A stretch of 41,280 nt of DNA from a virus (taxonomy: Duplodnaviria > Heunggongvirae > Uroviricota > Caudoviricetes), in the IMG/VR virus record IMGVR_UViG_2718218131_000003, positions 1 to 41,280 of that record, one strand, 5' to 3'. The position numbers and the translations under genes are program-made. Numbering within the stretch: the stretch's first letter is position 1; each line of letters begins with the position of its first letter. This document shows positions 1-9,780 of this stretch, piece after piece. Below the pieces are notes generated by a model. That model saw nothing but the letters and a program-made list of their open reading frames with translations. It was not told the origin of the DNA and searched no databases.

Positions 1-1131
1 TCAAATGACCAGTTTTTTCCACTCCTTACCGCGTGCATCGTTGTAAATATCGGTCATTTTTTGATTCGAATGACCCAGCAAAATTTTAGTATCAATTCCC
101 TGTTCTCTGAACAATCTTTCTGATAAAGATCTTTGCTCATGGAAAGAGGGGGGGGTGCCATTAGCACGCCAGTTGTAATCCACAGAATCCCGGGCTTTTT
201 TAAATGCAACTGTTAACGTTGCTGGTTTAACCATCCCGCCGCGCTTACCCATCCCCTTAGCGTGATGATGGTGCAATAACCACGGACTAAGGATGTAATC
301 ACGACAGGATGACACCACGTCACCCAGGGTCAGATTTAATTTGTCGCAACGCAGAGCCAGAGGAATGGCTATCCGGGCTCCTGTTTTTTGCTGTTCGACA
401 TGAAGATAACCATCCCGGATATCCGAAAATTGCATTTTGCAAATATCTGAAAGGCGCTGGCCTGTCATCAGTGCCAGCAGCATGCCGCGCTGTAAAAAGT
501 AACCATCCTTTTCCGCTGCGTTATAAATCATCGTCCACTCATCAAAAGTCAGTCGCTGTCTTGATATCCGCACCTGCGGTTTTTTTGCCGATTCTGCAGG
601 GTTAAAGCCTGGCGGGACATCGCCCGTTTGCTGAGCTTCCCGGAAAACATCGATCAGTACCTTCCTGAAAATTTGTCCCATTCTGTTATGTCCTCTGGCC
701 TTGTACTCTTCCAGCACCGATACCACATCTTTTACGGTTATGGTATCTAACGGTCTGGTGCCAAAACGTTCACCAAATACCTTGAGAGGGGCCGCTTTTT
801 GTTTCAGCGTGTTGAGTTTGATCTCTCCGTTCTCATATCTTTCCTGTTGAATTTTTCTGTAATTATTCAGAAAAATGGAAACGGTTGATGAACCTCCGGT
901 ATCACTAATAATCTTCTCCTGCAGACTGAGCATTTGCTCCATTTGTTGTCTGGCAAGACGGCTGTTCGCTTCTGCTGCAATGGTTTCCGCCAGTTTCTGG
1001 TCAATACTGCCGAGTCCATGATTTTTACCTGTGATGGGATGCCTGTAACGCCAGTAAACTTTGTTATTTCTTTTGTCAAAATACGGAGATAAACCCGGAA
1101 CATCGGTTTTATATTTTCGCGGGCGCGCCAT
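1..1131 (-). CDS. int: tyrosine integrase (lambda Int family)
   Basis: 376-aa ORF; C-terminal catalytic region with conserved His and Tyr (LLGHSNQKMTDIY); lies next to xis at the prophage end; stop codon at window positions 1-3. Confidence 0.9.
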   Translation of the reverse strand: MARPRKYKTDVPGLSPYFDKRNNKVYWRYRHPITGKNHGLGSIDQKLAETIAAEANSRLARQQMEQMLSLQEKIISDTGGSSTVSIFLNNYRKIQQERYENGEIKLNTLKQKAAPLKVFGERFGTRPLDTITVKDVVSVLEEYKARGHNRMGQIFRKVLIDVFREAQQTGDVPPGFNPAESAKKPQVRISRQRLTFDEWTMIYNAAEKDGYFLQRGMLLALMTGQRLSDICKMQFSDIRDGYLHVEQQKTGARIAIPLALRCDKLNLTLGDVVSSCRDYILSPWLLHHHHAKGMGKRGGMVKPATLTVAFKKARDSVDYNWRANGTPPSFHEQRSLSERLFREQGIDTKILLGHSNQKMTDIYNDARGKEWKKLVI

Positions 1132-1357
1132 CTTCCAGTATCCTCTTCAAAGCAGGGTGATCTGTGGCGATCACCTCCGGCTTGTTTACCATTCCTACAA
1201 AGCGAGCGTGTGGATCCACTCGCCAGTGTCTCCCAACTTTTTTGGGGAGAGGAAATATCATTCCGGCTTTAGCGTATTTACTTAACGTACCCGGAGTAGG
1301 GATCGGTTCACTGAATTCCTCTTTTGCCCACTCAGTGAGCAGAATAAGTCTTGCCAT
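1109..1357 (-). CDS. xis: excisionase-like protein
   Basis: 82-aa ORF immediately upstream of int and overlapping its start; Xis-like pattern of W/R/P residues (LTEWAKE...IFPLPKKVGRHWRV). Confidence 0.7.
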   Translation of the reverse strand: MARLILLTEWAKEEFSEPIPTPGTLSKYAKAGMIFPLPKKVGRHWRVDPHARFVGMVNKPEVIATDHPALKRILEDGAPAKI

Positions 1358-1421
1358 GAGCGTCGTTCGCTAATCATGGTCGCCGCCACTATAGCTGGTG
1401 GGCGACGACCGGGGTTGAACA

Positions 1422-3797
1422 TTAAAAATCAGCCTGACTCGGGATCAGTTTTTGTATCGTAGCTGTAACGTATTTTGCCTGGTGACGGGCGTCATCCAGT
1501 GCATTGTGGCGCACGCCTTCGAATGGAATAACGGTTCTGGCATCAAAGTCGATTGTTTTTCCCAGCTCAACGATTGTGCGTACATCGCGATCGTTGTGGT
1601 AGCGCCACGGGCAGGGGATGTCCAGACGTTCGTATGAGGTGCGCAAAATTGCGTTATCGAAAGTCGCACCATTACCCCATACCTGAACGAATTTTTCATC
1701 TGAATATTCGTTGATGAACTTCCGAAACTGCGAAAGGGCATCCTTCAGTTTTACCTGGTCTGTTAAAATGGCAGCTCTGGCTTCACTGGACTGCTTCAGC
1801 CACCATTCGATGGTTCCACCGTCAGGAACAGCCCCTGTATTCATTGCGTCAGTCAGACTGATAACGATATAAAATACTGGCCCGATTTCCCCTGTTTGTG
1901 GGTCGAAGAAAACCGCACCAATAACCACGATGGGCGCATTGGTGTTGGTTCCCATTGTTTCAAGGTCGATCATCAGGTGATACCACACTCTGCTGGTGGA
2001 TGTGATAACGTGATGACCGTTCACCGTAATTAAGGGATCCGCCGTCTCGCCAGTTTCACTATCGCTGGCGTGGTCCTGAGCGCTGCCAGCATTCTCCTTG
2101 TGTGGATGTTCAGCGCCTTCCATTTCCTTCGGATCATTTTCCTGAACTTCAACCTGATTCTCTTCATCGAATGTTTCCTGGTATGTTGCGTCGCCCATCA
2201 CCGCGCCACAATCAGGGCAGTTGCCGCCGCCCGTCTGACCGCAGGCGGTGCAGATTTTTTCCGCTTCCTGTTGCGCTACTGGCTCAGGCTGTTTCGTTTC
2301 TGGCTCGTTTTGTAACCCCTTCACCCATTTCGGATCATTCGGGTCGCTAATCCCCTCAACAAATTCTCCGCGAGAGGCAGCAAGCAACTTATCGGCGTCA
2401 GGCTGGCTGATATTGGCTGCCTGCATAATTTTGTTTACTTCGTCAGCGGTAACTTTTACCTGATAAACCGGATCTATCTGTGCTTGAGTATCCAGCGATT
2501 GCGTGCCCTGCCGATGTTCAGTTGTATCCGGTTCCATTGTTTCAGCCGTTGCCTGCTCACCTGCCATTGCGTCAGACGGTTGTGATTTTTCCTCATTATT
2601 TTTTTCTTCTTCTGTTTCGTGTTCAGCAGCCAGTTCGCGGTTAACTTCTTCCAGAATATCTTTTTCCGGTGTATGTCGTGCAGCAGCGAGAGTTTCCTCG
2701 GAAGGGTTCTCGTGATCAGTCTCTGTTAAATTGGCGTTGATATACCCCTGAAGACGTCCCGGGTAATGATAAAACTCAGGGTGTGCGCTCCGGATAAGTG
2801 CAAAAATAGCGGCGCGGGAATAATCCAGGATACCCGGGATTGCGCGAAGTGCTGCGGACCATTCTTTGAACGGACTTTCTTTCTTCCGGACGATTTCTTT
2901 TGCGCGACGATAAACGCTGCCCGGAATTTCATAAATATTAAAATCCATCGGAAGTGTGGCCGCTGCAATCTCCACATCCAGCGTATCGAAGGTGTGTACT
3001 AAATTCGGATTGCGATCGGTTTTGTTCCCTCCACCGGCATTAGCACCGGAAGCCGTGCGGGTGATGCGTGAAACACGATTCCCTTTCATCCACTCTTTTG
3101 TCAGCAGACCGCGATCGGTGTAGTCAGCGCCCAGGTATGCTTCGAAAAAAGCAGTCATTAGCCCCAGGTCTGAATTACCAGGATTAGGGAAAACTTTGTC
3201 AGTATCACGCACCAGTTTATGGAGATCGCGAATTTCCAGTGGTTCGAGTTGCGCTGCTTTATTTGAGATGGCCAGCGCGGTAACAGCGGGAAGTTTTTCA
3301 TCCTGTGCGTTATGTAATGCGCGCAGTTCGTCCCGCGAAACGTGCGTTACTGGTTTTTCGCTGTTGTGTTGCGCCAGCCATCGAACAGGCAGAATCTGAC
3401 CTGAAACTGGCAGGAGCATATTCTCCTCAATCTCAGTCATGTCTTCACCGTTGACGTTGGTATTGTCAGTGCTGGCTGGTTTGTCCTGAACAGAGGGCAC
3501 GATAAGTACCATTGTGATACCATCTTCCCCGCCTTTTTCGTATCGGTTGCAGAATTCGGTATCAAACACGCCTTCCGGAGGAAGGTCATTCACAACGGGT
3601 AAATGGACGCGAACAGGTTTTTTAAAATCCTCTTCGTCAAATCCTGCATCGTCCATTGCGACAACACCGCGTGATATTGCAACCGATAATTTTTTTGCTG
3701 TGCGCCAGTAAAAACCGCCTTTAATCCCAAGACGTTTTCTGACTTTGTCATTTTTGGCTTCGTAATATAGTGCAATTTCTTCTTTATCAGTGCTCAT
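1422..3797 (-). CDS. phage exonuclease with C-terminal DEDDh (DnaQ-like) 3'-5' exonuclease domain
   Basis: 791-aa ORF; C-terminal motifs IDLETMG (Exo I) and HNALDDA (Exo III); long acidic low-complexity linker; N-terminal domain of unknown function. Confidence 0.75.
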   Translation of the reverse strand: MSTDKEEIALYYEAKNDKVRKRLGIKGGFYWRTAKKLSVAISRGVVAMDDAGFDEEDFKKPVRVHLPVVNDLPPEGVFDTEFCNRYEKGGEDGITMVLIVPSVQDKPASTDNTNVNGEDMTEIEENMLLPVSGQILPVRWLAQHNSEKPVTHVSRDELRALHNAQDEKLPAVTALAISNKAAQLEPLEIRDLHKLVRDTDKVFPNPGNSDLGLMTAFFEAYLGADYTDRGLLTKEWMKGNRVSRITRTASGANAGGGNKTDRNPNLVHTFDTLDVEIAAATLPMDFNIYEIPGSVYRRAKEIVRKKESPFKEWSAALRAIPGILDYSRAAIFALIRSAHPEFYHYPGRLQGYINANLTETDHENPSEETLAAARHTPEKDILEEVNRELAAEHETEEEKNNEEKSQPSDAMAGEQATAETMEPDTTEHRQGTQSLDTQAQIDPVYQVKVTADEVNKIMQAANISQPDADKLLAASRGEFVEGISDPNDPKWVKGLQNEPETKQPEPVAQQEAEKICTACGQTGGGNCPDCGAVMGDATYQETFDEENQVEVQENDPKEMEGAEHPHKENAGSAQDHASDSETGETADPLITVNGHHVITSTSRVWYHLMIDLETMGTNTNAPIVVIGAVFFDPQTGEIGPVFYIVISLTDAMNTGAVPDGGTIEWWLKQSSEARAAILTDQVKLKDALSQFRKFINEYSDEKFVQVWGNGATFDNAILRTSYERLDIPCPWRYHNDRDVRTIVELGKTIDFDARTVIPFEGVRHNALDDARHQAKYVTATIQKLIPSQADF

Positions 3798-3874
3798 TGA
3801 TAAACCTCATTACAGATTTAAGGGTGAACAAATCCCTGCCATTGCTGGCATATAAAAATGAAACCGGATATTTA

Positions 3875-4078
3875 TTACGGTGCTGTTTTAAGTCCCGCCG
3901 GGATTTCGTTATTGTCCATGTGAATAACTTTATCAACCGGATAACAGTTACCGGGAATTTTCTGTTCTGCTGCGGCAGCCATGCATTCTTTCATGGAACC
4001 GTAAATGTCAATAACCAGGTCAACAGGCTCGCCCGTATTAAGAAAAACTGTCAGAGTGAGAGCAACAGCAGTATTCAT
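3875..4078 (-). CDS. ydfD: YdfD-like small protein
   Basis: 67-aa product (MNTAVALTLTVFLNTGEPVD...KIPGNCYPVDKVIH) matches my memory of Qin prophage YdfD; start chosen at the internal Met that forms an ATGA overlap with the dicB stop. Confidence 0.7.
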   Translation of the reverse strand: MNTAVALTLTVFLNTGEPVDLVIDIYGSMKECMAAAAEQKIPGNCYPVDKVIHMDNNEIPAGLKTAP

Positions 4079-4263
4079 TGCCAGTATCCTTTTTGCATCA
4101 GGCGTAAACGGGCCAGCATTGAAACAATGCATATTTGATTTAATAGCTCCCGTTCGTGTTTTCTCTTATTAATGGCATCTTCAGTAAATACAGGGTTGCT
4201 GATTTTGACACCAATTTCAAAACAACCTTCAGACGTATTAACGTTTGGTAATAACGTTTCCAT
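4075..4263 (-). CDS. dicB: cell division inhibitor DicB
   Basis: 62-aa product METLLPNVNTSEGCFEIGVKISNPVFTEDAINKRKHERELLNQICIVSMLARLRLMQKGYWQ, near-identical to DicB as recalled; start taken at internal Met of the longer ORF 4075..4368. Confidence 0.8.
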   Translation of the reverse strand: METLLPNVNTSEGCFEIGVKISNPVFTEDAINKRKHERELLNQICIVSMLARLRLMQKGYWQ

Positions 4264-4432
4264 TATCGCGTCCTCAACAATGAATTTTGTGATGCGGTGC
4301 CTGGTGCCTCCAGGTGACGTTAACCAGTTAACAATTAACGCCGGATACAGAGAATCCACCCATAACACTGTTTTTGGTTTTAACTGTTCCGCGTGCGCTT
4401 AGCCGCATTCACCGCATCACAAAATTCACTTT

Positions 4433-4490
4433 AAAAAGGGCGGCAGAGCAGTCACGGAGTAAAACTGATACCGCCAAACGTCACCAGAAA
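4433..4490 (-). ncRNA. dicF: DicF small RNA (ftsZ-targeting sRNA)
   Basis: Reverse complement of 4438..4490 reads TTTCTGGTGACGTTTGGCGGTATCAGTTTTACTCCGTGACTGCTCTGCCGCCC, followed by a T-tract (intrinsic terminator hairpin GGCGG...CCGCC); matches DicF as recalled; sits between the ydfA-side genes and dicB as in the dicB operon. Confidence 0.8.
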
Positions 4491-4794
4491 ATTGATAACA
4501 GAGGGCGTTGCAGTGGGGTTGTCACTTAAGCGTATGGTCAACCTGACAACCCGGTGTCCTCAACGGGGAAGGAATAACCCCGCCATACTTACCGCCGCGC
4601 CATTTCGCGGATTGCCACAACCGGAAGCGCACGATCGAATTAAATTTAACGACGACCTATACAGAGAGACTAACTTCGCCGGGCGCTTTCGTGTTATGCC
4701 CTGACTTTTCAGGGATATATCCTTTTCAGTAAACTGTCAGTGCCGGATTCTTATCCGTGTCCGGCGCACGCACTCTACCTCACCTGTGAATAAA

Positions 4795-5181
4795 TTAATG
4801 ATTAATTGATATTTTGTTGTTTGATTCAACTTTCCCATCGGATGTGTGATGCTTTAAATCACAGGAATTAATACTGCTCGCTGTAAAATGATTTTCAAGG
4901 GGAGCTATTCGAATCCCTTTCTTTTTCATTAACAAGCCAAATCCTTTATTAATGATGTCCATTAATTCCAGGAAGTATTTTTCATGTAAATCCTGGTTAT
5001 CAGAGAGCTGCTTCTCTTCGTACAGACCGATAAAGGCACGACGCACGTTACCGGATATAGTATCGATGGTTTCTTTTTCTACGGTACTCAGGTCAAGAGT
5101 CGCCAGTTGAGAGCGAACCACATTCGATGCCATTTCCTGGAATGGTACTGGTAAATCTTTAAATTCCATCGTCAACCTCAT
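4795..5181 (-). CDS. hypothetical protein of the dicB operon (YdfB/YdfC-like position)
   Basis: 128-aa ORF; start forms an ATGA overlap with the ydfA stop (translational coupling); no recognisable domain. Confidence 0.5.
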   Translation of the reverse strand: MRLTMEFKDLPVPFQEMASNVVRSQLATLDLSTVEKETIDTISGNVRRAFIGLYEEKQLSDNQDLHEKYFLELMDIINKGFGLLMKKKGIRIAPLENHFTASSINSCDLKHHTSDGKVESNNKISINH

Positions 5182-5333
5182 CAGTCAGTGTTTCTGGTTA
5201 ACCAGCGACGCGCGCCAGCTTCAGTTTTAAACGTTTTGCTTCTGGTATACGTCATCGCGGTAAACGTGCCGTCCTGGTTGGGAAACACGCCGTACACCAG
5301 AGATTCGTTGTTGCCAAGATCGATAGTATCCAT
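5181..5333 (-). CDS. ydfA: YdfA-like protein (DUF1391)
   Basis: 50-aa product MDTIDLGNNESLVYGVFPNQDGTFTAMTYTRSKTFKTEAGARRWLTRNTD matches my memory of YdfA; first gene downstream of the repressor on the leftward strand. Confidence 0.7.
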   Translation of the reverse strand: MDTIDLGNNESLVYGVFPNQDGTFTAMTYTRSKTFKTEAGARRWLTRNTD

Positions 5334-5415
5334 GCTGACCTCATTTCCCCTTAACGCTGGGGTAGCGGAACTGTTTGCTGAGAACACCGTGCGGTGTCTT
5401 GATGGGTGGTAATTT

Positions 5416-5461
5416 AGTTTTCTCATGAATGTTGGTCAAGTATTTTTAATGAGAAAACTCA
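5416..5461. promoter_or_regulatory. putative repressor operator repeats upstream of the leftward (dicB-type) operon
   Basis: Motif TGAGAAAACT occurs at 5450..5461 (palindromic TGAG-AAAA-CTCA) and as reverse complement AGTTTTCTCA at 5416..5425; the same palindrome recurs at 5982..5995. Confidence 0.4.
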
Positions 5462-5523
5462 ATATTTAATGCAAAATAAAGCCAATACATTGAAATGTAA
5501 GGCTTTAAAATTTGTGAAGGGGG

Positions 5524-5931
5524 TTACTGATGTTTGTTACGTTTGCGAGCTTCTAGTAGCTCGGTGAATAGGCGATTAAAATTCTCAACGCGGGCACGGA
5601 GTTCGCTGATTTGTGCTTGCTGCTCTGATTTTGGAAGTGCGCGATACAATCGCAACATCTCCAACTCATCTTCCGATAAGTCTAAGGCGCTGTTGAGTGC
5701 AACTGGTGGATCTGGTGTTTTATCCTCGTCACCAAACAGTATCCAAGTTGGTGAACATTGCAATACCTCAGCCAGGCGATGCAAATTTTGCCCGCGCGGG
5801 GCTGTATGGTCGCTTTCCCATAGTGAAATTGATGAGCCAGATACGCCAGCGGCTTTGCTTAAATCGTTTTGACTTAAACCAACCTGTTTGCGTCTTTCTC
5901 TAATTCGTTGACCTAAAGTTTTCTCGTTCAT
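5524..5931 (-). CDS. dicA: DicA-like HTH (XRE family) prophage repressor
   Basis: 135-aa ORF with N-terminal HTH (LSQNDLSKAAGVSGSSISLWE) and the block LQCSPTWILFGDEDK shared with DicA as recalled; divergent from a Cro-like gene. Confidence 0.85.
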   Translation of the reverse strand: MNEKTLGQRIRERRKQVGLSQNDLSKAAGVSGSSISLWESDHTAPRGQNLHRLAEVLQCSPTWILFGDEDKTPDPPVALNSALDLSEDELEMLRLYRALPKSEQQAQISELRARVENFNRLFTELLEARKRNKHQ

Positions 5932-5952
5932 ATTTAGATATCTTAATAACCC

Positions 5953-5995
5953 TTGACTTGAGATTCCTTGAGTGATTACTATTGAGAAAACTCAA
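5953..5995 (+). promoter_or_regulatory. putative rightward promoter and operator for dicC
   Basis: TTGACT (5953..5958), 18-nt spacer, TACTAT (5977..5982), then 14-bp palindrome TTGAGAAAACTCAA (5982..5995) just upstream of a GGAGG RBS and the dicC ATG at 6009. Confidence 0.45.
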
Positions 5996-6008
5996 CTTTG
6001 GAGGGGTG

Positions 6009-6236
6009 ATGTTTAAATCAGACGTAATTAATTTTTATGGGACGAAAGCCAAAGTAGCGAAAGCTGCTGGTGTTGATCCATCTGCTGTTTCTCAATGGGG
6101 GGAACTGGTTCCTGAAGGTCGCGCGATGCGCCTGCAAGAGGCATCCGGCGGGGAACTTCAGTACGACCCCAAAGTTTATGACGAATATCGTAAGGCAAAG
6201 CGGGCGGGGCGGTTGAACAATGAAAATCACCCCTGA
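6009..6236 (+). CDS. dicC: DicC-like (Cro-like) regulator
   Basis: 75-aa product from the ATG at 6009 with a GGAGG RBS 5 nt upstream; small basic HTH-type protein divergent from the repressor; resembles DicC as recalled. Confidence 0.7.
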   Translation: MFKSDVINFYGTKAKVAKAAGVDPSAVSQWGELVPEGRAMRLQEASGGELQYDPKVYDEYRKAKRAGRLNNENHP

Positions 6237-6771
6237 ACAGGTTTGTGAGGCTCTGGATGCCTGGGTATGTCGACCAGGAATGACACAGGAGCAGGCGACG
6301 ATATTAATCACGGAAGCATTCTGGGCTCTGAAAGAACGCCCGAACATCGATGTTCAACGCGTCACGTTTAATGATGGCGAGGTTGATCAACGGGCGCTGG
6401 GCGTTAACCGGGTGAAGATATTCGAACGCTGGAAAGCTATCGACACCAGGGATAAGCGGGAAAAATTCACGGCGCTGATTCCGGCAATTATGGAGGCTAT
6501 CCGGATCAGCGATTTCAGGTTGTATTGTGAAATTACTGACGGAAAAAGCATTACGTACATGATCGCCGGGTTAAACAAAGAATATGGCGATGTGGTGGAG
6601 TCCGGGCTGCTTTTTGCGGATCCATCTGTTGTGGAACGTGAGACTGACGAGCTTATAGAAAAAGCTATTGCTTTCAAGCATGCGTATCGTCAGCAATATC
6701 AATATTACTTTGCAGATAAACAAATGTCTGCCAGGGGTTCGTATGAGTATCGATGCACTACGATGGGCTAA
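6220..6771 (+). CDS. hypothetical regulatory protein (CII-like/YdaT-family, tentative)
   Basis: 183-aa ORF immediately after the Cro-like gene and overlapping it by 17 nt; position equivalent to cII/ydaT; no motif I can verify. Confidence 0.4.
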   Translation: MKITPEQVCEALDAWVCRPGMTQEQATILITEAFWALKERPNIDVQRVTFNDGEVDQRALGVNRVKIFERWKAIDTRDKREKFTALIPAIMEAIRISDFRLYCEITDGKSITYMIAGLNKEYGDVVESGLLFADPSVVERETDELIEKAIAFKHAYRQQYQYYFADKQMSARGSYEYRCTTMG

Positions 6772-7783
6772 AAAGGTGAAAACCGGCAGTTCATCCAGTA
6801 AGTCTGTATTGACCTGGCTTGCTGATATGTGCGGTGCCGATTTGTGTGCATACCCGTCTGTATCTGCACTGGCAGAAGTAACGGAACTGAACAAAAAGAC
6901 TGTGCAGGACAGCTTACGACACCTGATGGAGATTGGGTTAATTGTTGATACCGGTGAGAGAAAAGGCAGAACAAAGCAAATTGTGGTGTACCGACTTATC
7001 GGTGTAGAAGAAAGTGTTGCCGAGCCTGAATACACCCAAAAACGGGAGTCTTTAAAGGTGGGTAAAATTGGTGCTGTTAATAAAAACAGTACCGAAAATG
7101 GTTATGTTTCAGCACAAAACAGACCCAAAAACGGAACTCTTAGCTGCATGGAAAATAACCAAAGACACCCAAATTTTCCATCAAAGACACCCAAAAACGG
7201 ATCACGGAACCCAAAGGAACCCAAAGATCTAAACCCCACACATAACGCACGCGAGAGTGCTCCGACCAGTGAGCAGGAAGTTTTATCGTTACAGGCAGCA
7301 CCCCTTGTATTCCTGGATGGCCTGAGCGAACCCATCGGAAAATTTCCGATGACCGATAGCTGGTATCCGTCACGGGATTTTCGACGACGGGCTGCGTTGT
7401 GGGGGATGGCTTTGCCGGAGACAGAATTTACACCTGCTGAACTTGCCGCCTTCCGGGACTACTGGGCAGCGGAGGGGAAAGTGTTTACGCAGATTCAGTG
7501 GGAGCAGAAATTCGCCCGTCACGTAAATCACGTCAGGGCGCAGGTTAAACCAGTCAGCAAGGGGGGGAGCCATGCAGCAGCACCAGGTGGCACCGCATCA
7601 CGGGCAGTTCAGGAAATTCGGGCAGCACGTGAGCAGTGGGAACGTGAAAACGGATTTATCAGCGACGGAAACGGCGTGGAAGCTGTGGGAACTCATGGGG
7701 GATGTTTATTCGAACCGCTGGACCCAGAAGAACGGGGTCGCACCTTCGAAGCTCTGGATTGCACAGATTGGCGCGATGACTGA
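6743..7783 (+). CDS. replication initiation protein (O-like, N-terminal HTH); 3' end uncertain
   Basis: ATG at 6743 (MSIDALRWAKK...); N-terminal winged-helix region typical of phage replication initiators; C-terminal ~70 codons overlap the P-like ORF in another frame (see finding). Confidence 0.55.
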   Translation: MSIDALRWAKKVKTGSSSSKSVLTWLADMCGADLCAYPSVSALAEVTELNKKTVQDSLRHLMEIGLIVDTGERKGRTKQIVVYRLIGVEESVAEPEYTQKRESLKVGKIGAVNKNSTENGYVSAQNRPKNGTLSCMENNQRHPNFPSKTPKNGSRNPKEPKDLNPTHNARESAPTSEQEVLSLQAAPLVFLDGLSEPIGKFPMTDSWYPSRDFRRRAALWGMALPETEFTPAELAAFRDYWAAEGKVFTQIQWEQKFARHVNHVRAQVKPVSKGGSHAAAPGGTASRAVQEIRAAREQWERENGFISDGNGVEAVGTHGGCLFEPLDPEERGRTFEALDCTDWRDD

Positions 7784-8237
7784 GCAGCAAATCCGACAGG
7801 TCTGCCGCCAGTGCATGGACCGCTGCCGGGCGGGTGAAACATGGCCTCCTGACCTGGCTGAGTTTGTGGCGTTGATTTCAGAAAGTGGAGCCAATCCATT
7901 CGGTCTGACGGTAGATGCCGTGATGGAAGAGTACCGCCGCTGGCGCAACGAGTCCTGGCGATACGACGGGAGCGATAAATACCCGTGGTCTCAGCCTGTA
8001 CTGTATCACATTTGCCTCGAAATGCGGGCAAAAGGGATTGAGCGCCAGATGACCGATGGGGAGTTAAAACGGCTTGCAGAACGGCAACTGACGAAATGGA
8101 CAAAGCATGTTGGTATGGGCCTGAGTGTTCCGCCTGTCCGGCGACAACTGGTTGCACCTAAACGCCCGTCGGGACCAACGCCAATTGAGTTGCTGAAACA
8201 GGAATATGAACGCCGGAAAGCGGCTGGGTTTGTTTGA
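7572..8237 (+). CDS. replication protein P-like (helicase loader); 5' end uncertain
   Basis: C-terminal two thirds follow lambda P layout (PPDLAEFVALI...YPWSQPVLYHICLEMRAKG...TDGELKRLAERQL); alternative in-frame ATG at 7695. Confidence 0.65.
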   Translation: MQQHQVAPHHGQFRKFGQHVSSGNVKTDLSATETAWKLWELMGDVYSNRWTQKNGVAPSKLWIAQIGAMTEQQIRQVCRQCMDRCRAGETWPPDLAEFVALISESGANPFGLTVDAVMEEYRRWRNESWRYDGSDKYPWSQPVLYHICLEMRAKGIERQMTDGELKRLAERQLTKWTKHVGMGLSVPPVRRQLVAPKRPSGPTPIELLKQEYERRKAAGFV

Positions 8238-8269
8238 GTTGAGAAGTAATTTTTACCGGGAGGAAATTT

Positions 8270-9040
8270 ATGGAGACTGTTTTTGACGCACTGAAAGCGA
8301 TGGGAAAAGCCACGTCGGTAGAGCTGGCTGCGCGACTTGATATCAGTCGTGAAGAAGTGCTGAACGAGCTGTGGGAACTGAAAAAGGCTGGCTTTGTTGA
8401 TAAAAGCGTATACACCTGGCGTGTGGCTGGCGAAGGTGAATCCGGGGTAACCGAAGAGCAGTCAGCACAATCTGAAGCACAGGATGTGCTAACCAGGGAG
8501 GTCGAACAAAAAGTTACCGCTGACATGATGATTGAGTTTATCGGTCAGGAGGGGGCTAAAACGTGTGAGGAGCTGGCGGGTAAGTTCGGTGTCAGCACTC
8601 GCAAGGTTGCTTCCACGCTGGCGGTAGTAACCGCAACGGGGCGGCTGGCACGCGTAAACCTGAACGGTAAATTTCGCTACTGCATGCCGGGCGAGAATTT
8701 ACCAGTAAAGCCGAAAGTCGCATCGGTAACGGAAAATGATGGTAAAGCCTTTCCTCAGCCAGCAGGTGTTGCGTTACCAGTACAGGAAGTTGCAACACAG
8801 GAAGATATTAAAACAGAAACTGTGGCTGATATTGTGCAATCGTTGCCATCGTTTACTGAAGCGCGAGCGGATGACTTGGTTTTACCATCGCTGCATATGG
8901 CAAACCGCGAATTGCGGCGGGCGAAAAATCATGTTCAGAAGTGGGAGCGAGTCTGCGCCGCGCTGCGGGAGCTGAACAAGCACCGGGATATTGTTCGACA
9001 GATTACTGATTCTTCCCGCCGTATTGTATCGGAAAAGTGA
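8270..9040 (+). CDS. hypothetical protein with two winged-helix-like repeats
   Basis: 256-aa ORF; two similar N-terminal segments ([28 protein letters not shown] and [28 protein letters not shown]). Confidence 0.55.
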   Translation: METVFDALKAMGKATSVELAARLDISREEVLNELWELKKAGFVDKSVYTWRVAGEGESGVTEEQSAQSEAQDVLTREVEQKVTADMMIEFIGQEGAKTCEELAGKFGVSTRKVASTLAVVTATGRLARVNLNGKFRYCMPGENLPVKPKVASVTENDGKAFPQPAGVALPVQEVATQEDIKTETVADIVQSLPSFTEARADDLVLPSLHMANRELRRAKNHVQKWERVCAALRELNKHRDIVRQITDSSRRIVSEK

Positions 9041-9055
9041 TTGTCGGAGGCGCTT

Positions 9056-9478
9056 ATGGCAAAAGTATTTACACAAGAAGAGCGGGAAAAAATTAAATGG
9101 CAGGTGGTGGAACTCGTGCGCCAGAGCGGCCGTGAGACGTTACGGCAACTGGAAGCTAAAACAGGTGCGACTAGATATCTGATGAGCGTTCTTGCCAGAG
9201 AGCTGGTAGCCAGTGGCGATGTATACAACTCCGGCTACGGGTTATTCCCCTCTGAACAGGCGCGTAAGGACTGGCAAAACGCCCGCAAAAAACTCTCGAG
9301 GGCAAAGGTGAAGAAACCTGCTGTGGTTGATCCGGACCTTATCTGGTCATCACCTGACGGAGAAATACGTCGCTACGACAGCCGCCTAAACATAATCTGT
9401 CGCGAGTGCCGGAAAAGCAAGGTTATGCAGCGTGTGCTGGCGTTTTATCAGGGTAATTTTCAGGAGGTGATGGCGTGA
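9056..9478 (+). CDS. hypothetical protein
   Basis: 140-aa ORF from the ATG at 9056 preceded by GGAGG (9046..9050); first gene of a chain of translationally coupled ORFs. Confidence 0.5.
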   Translation: MAKVFTQEEREKIKWQVVELVRQSGRETLRQLEAKTGATRYLMSVLARELVASGDVYNSGYGLFPSEQARKDWQNARKKLSRAKVKKPAVVDPDLIWSSPDGEIRRYDSRLNIICRECRKSKVMQRVLAFYQGNFQEVMA

Positions 9479-9780
9479 GGGTGAGGGTTTATATCGCTGG
9501 TCCGATGACCGGGTATAAAAATTTCAACCGTGAGGCGTTCCACAATGCGGAAGAGGAACTGAAACGGGAAGGGCATACAGTCTTAAACCCGGCAGTGCTT
9601 CCGGACGGGCTCACACAGCCACACTATATGGATATTTGCATGGCAATGATTCGTTGTGTGGATGCGATTTACATGCTGAAAGGCTGGCAGCGGTCAGCAG
9701 GTGCTAAGGCAGAACTGGCGCTGGCGGAGAAACTGGGGCATGCGGTTATTTTCCAGGAGACAACCAGTGAGCGAAATTAA
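9475..9780 (+). CDS. DUF4406-like protein (nucleoside 2-deoxyribosyltransferase-like fold)
   Basis: 101-aa product beginning MRVRVYIAGPMTGYKNFNREAF, the N-terminal signature I associate with DUF4406; start overlaps the upstream stop. Confidence 0.55.
   Translation: MRVRVYIAGPMTGYKNFNREAFHNAEEELKREGHTVLNPAVLPDGLTQPHYMDICMAMIRCVDAIYMLKGWQRSAGAKAELALAEKLGHAVIFQETTSERN

Noticed and set aside
5982-6008. Longer DicC-like ORF starting at 5982
   Set aside because: The upstream start would lie inside the operator palindrome and before the GGAGG RBS; the ATG at 6009 has proper RBS spacing.
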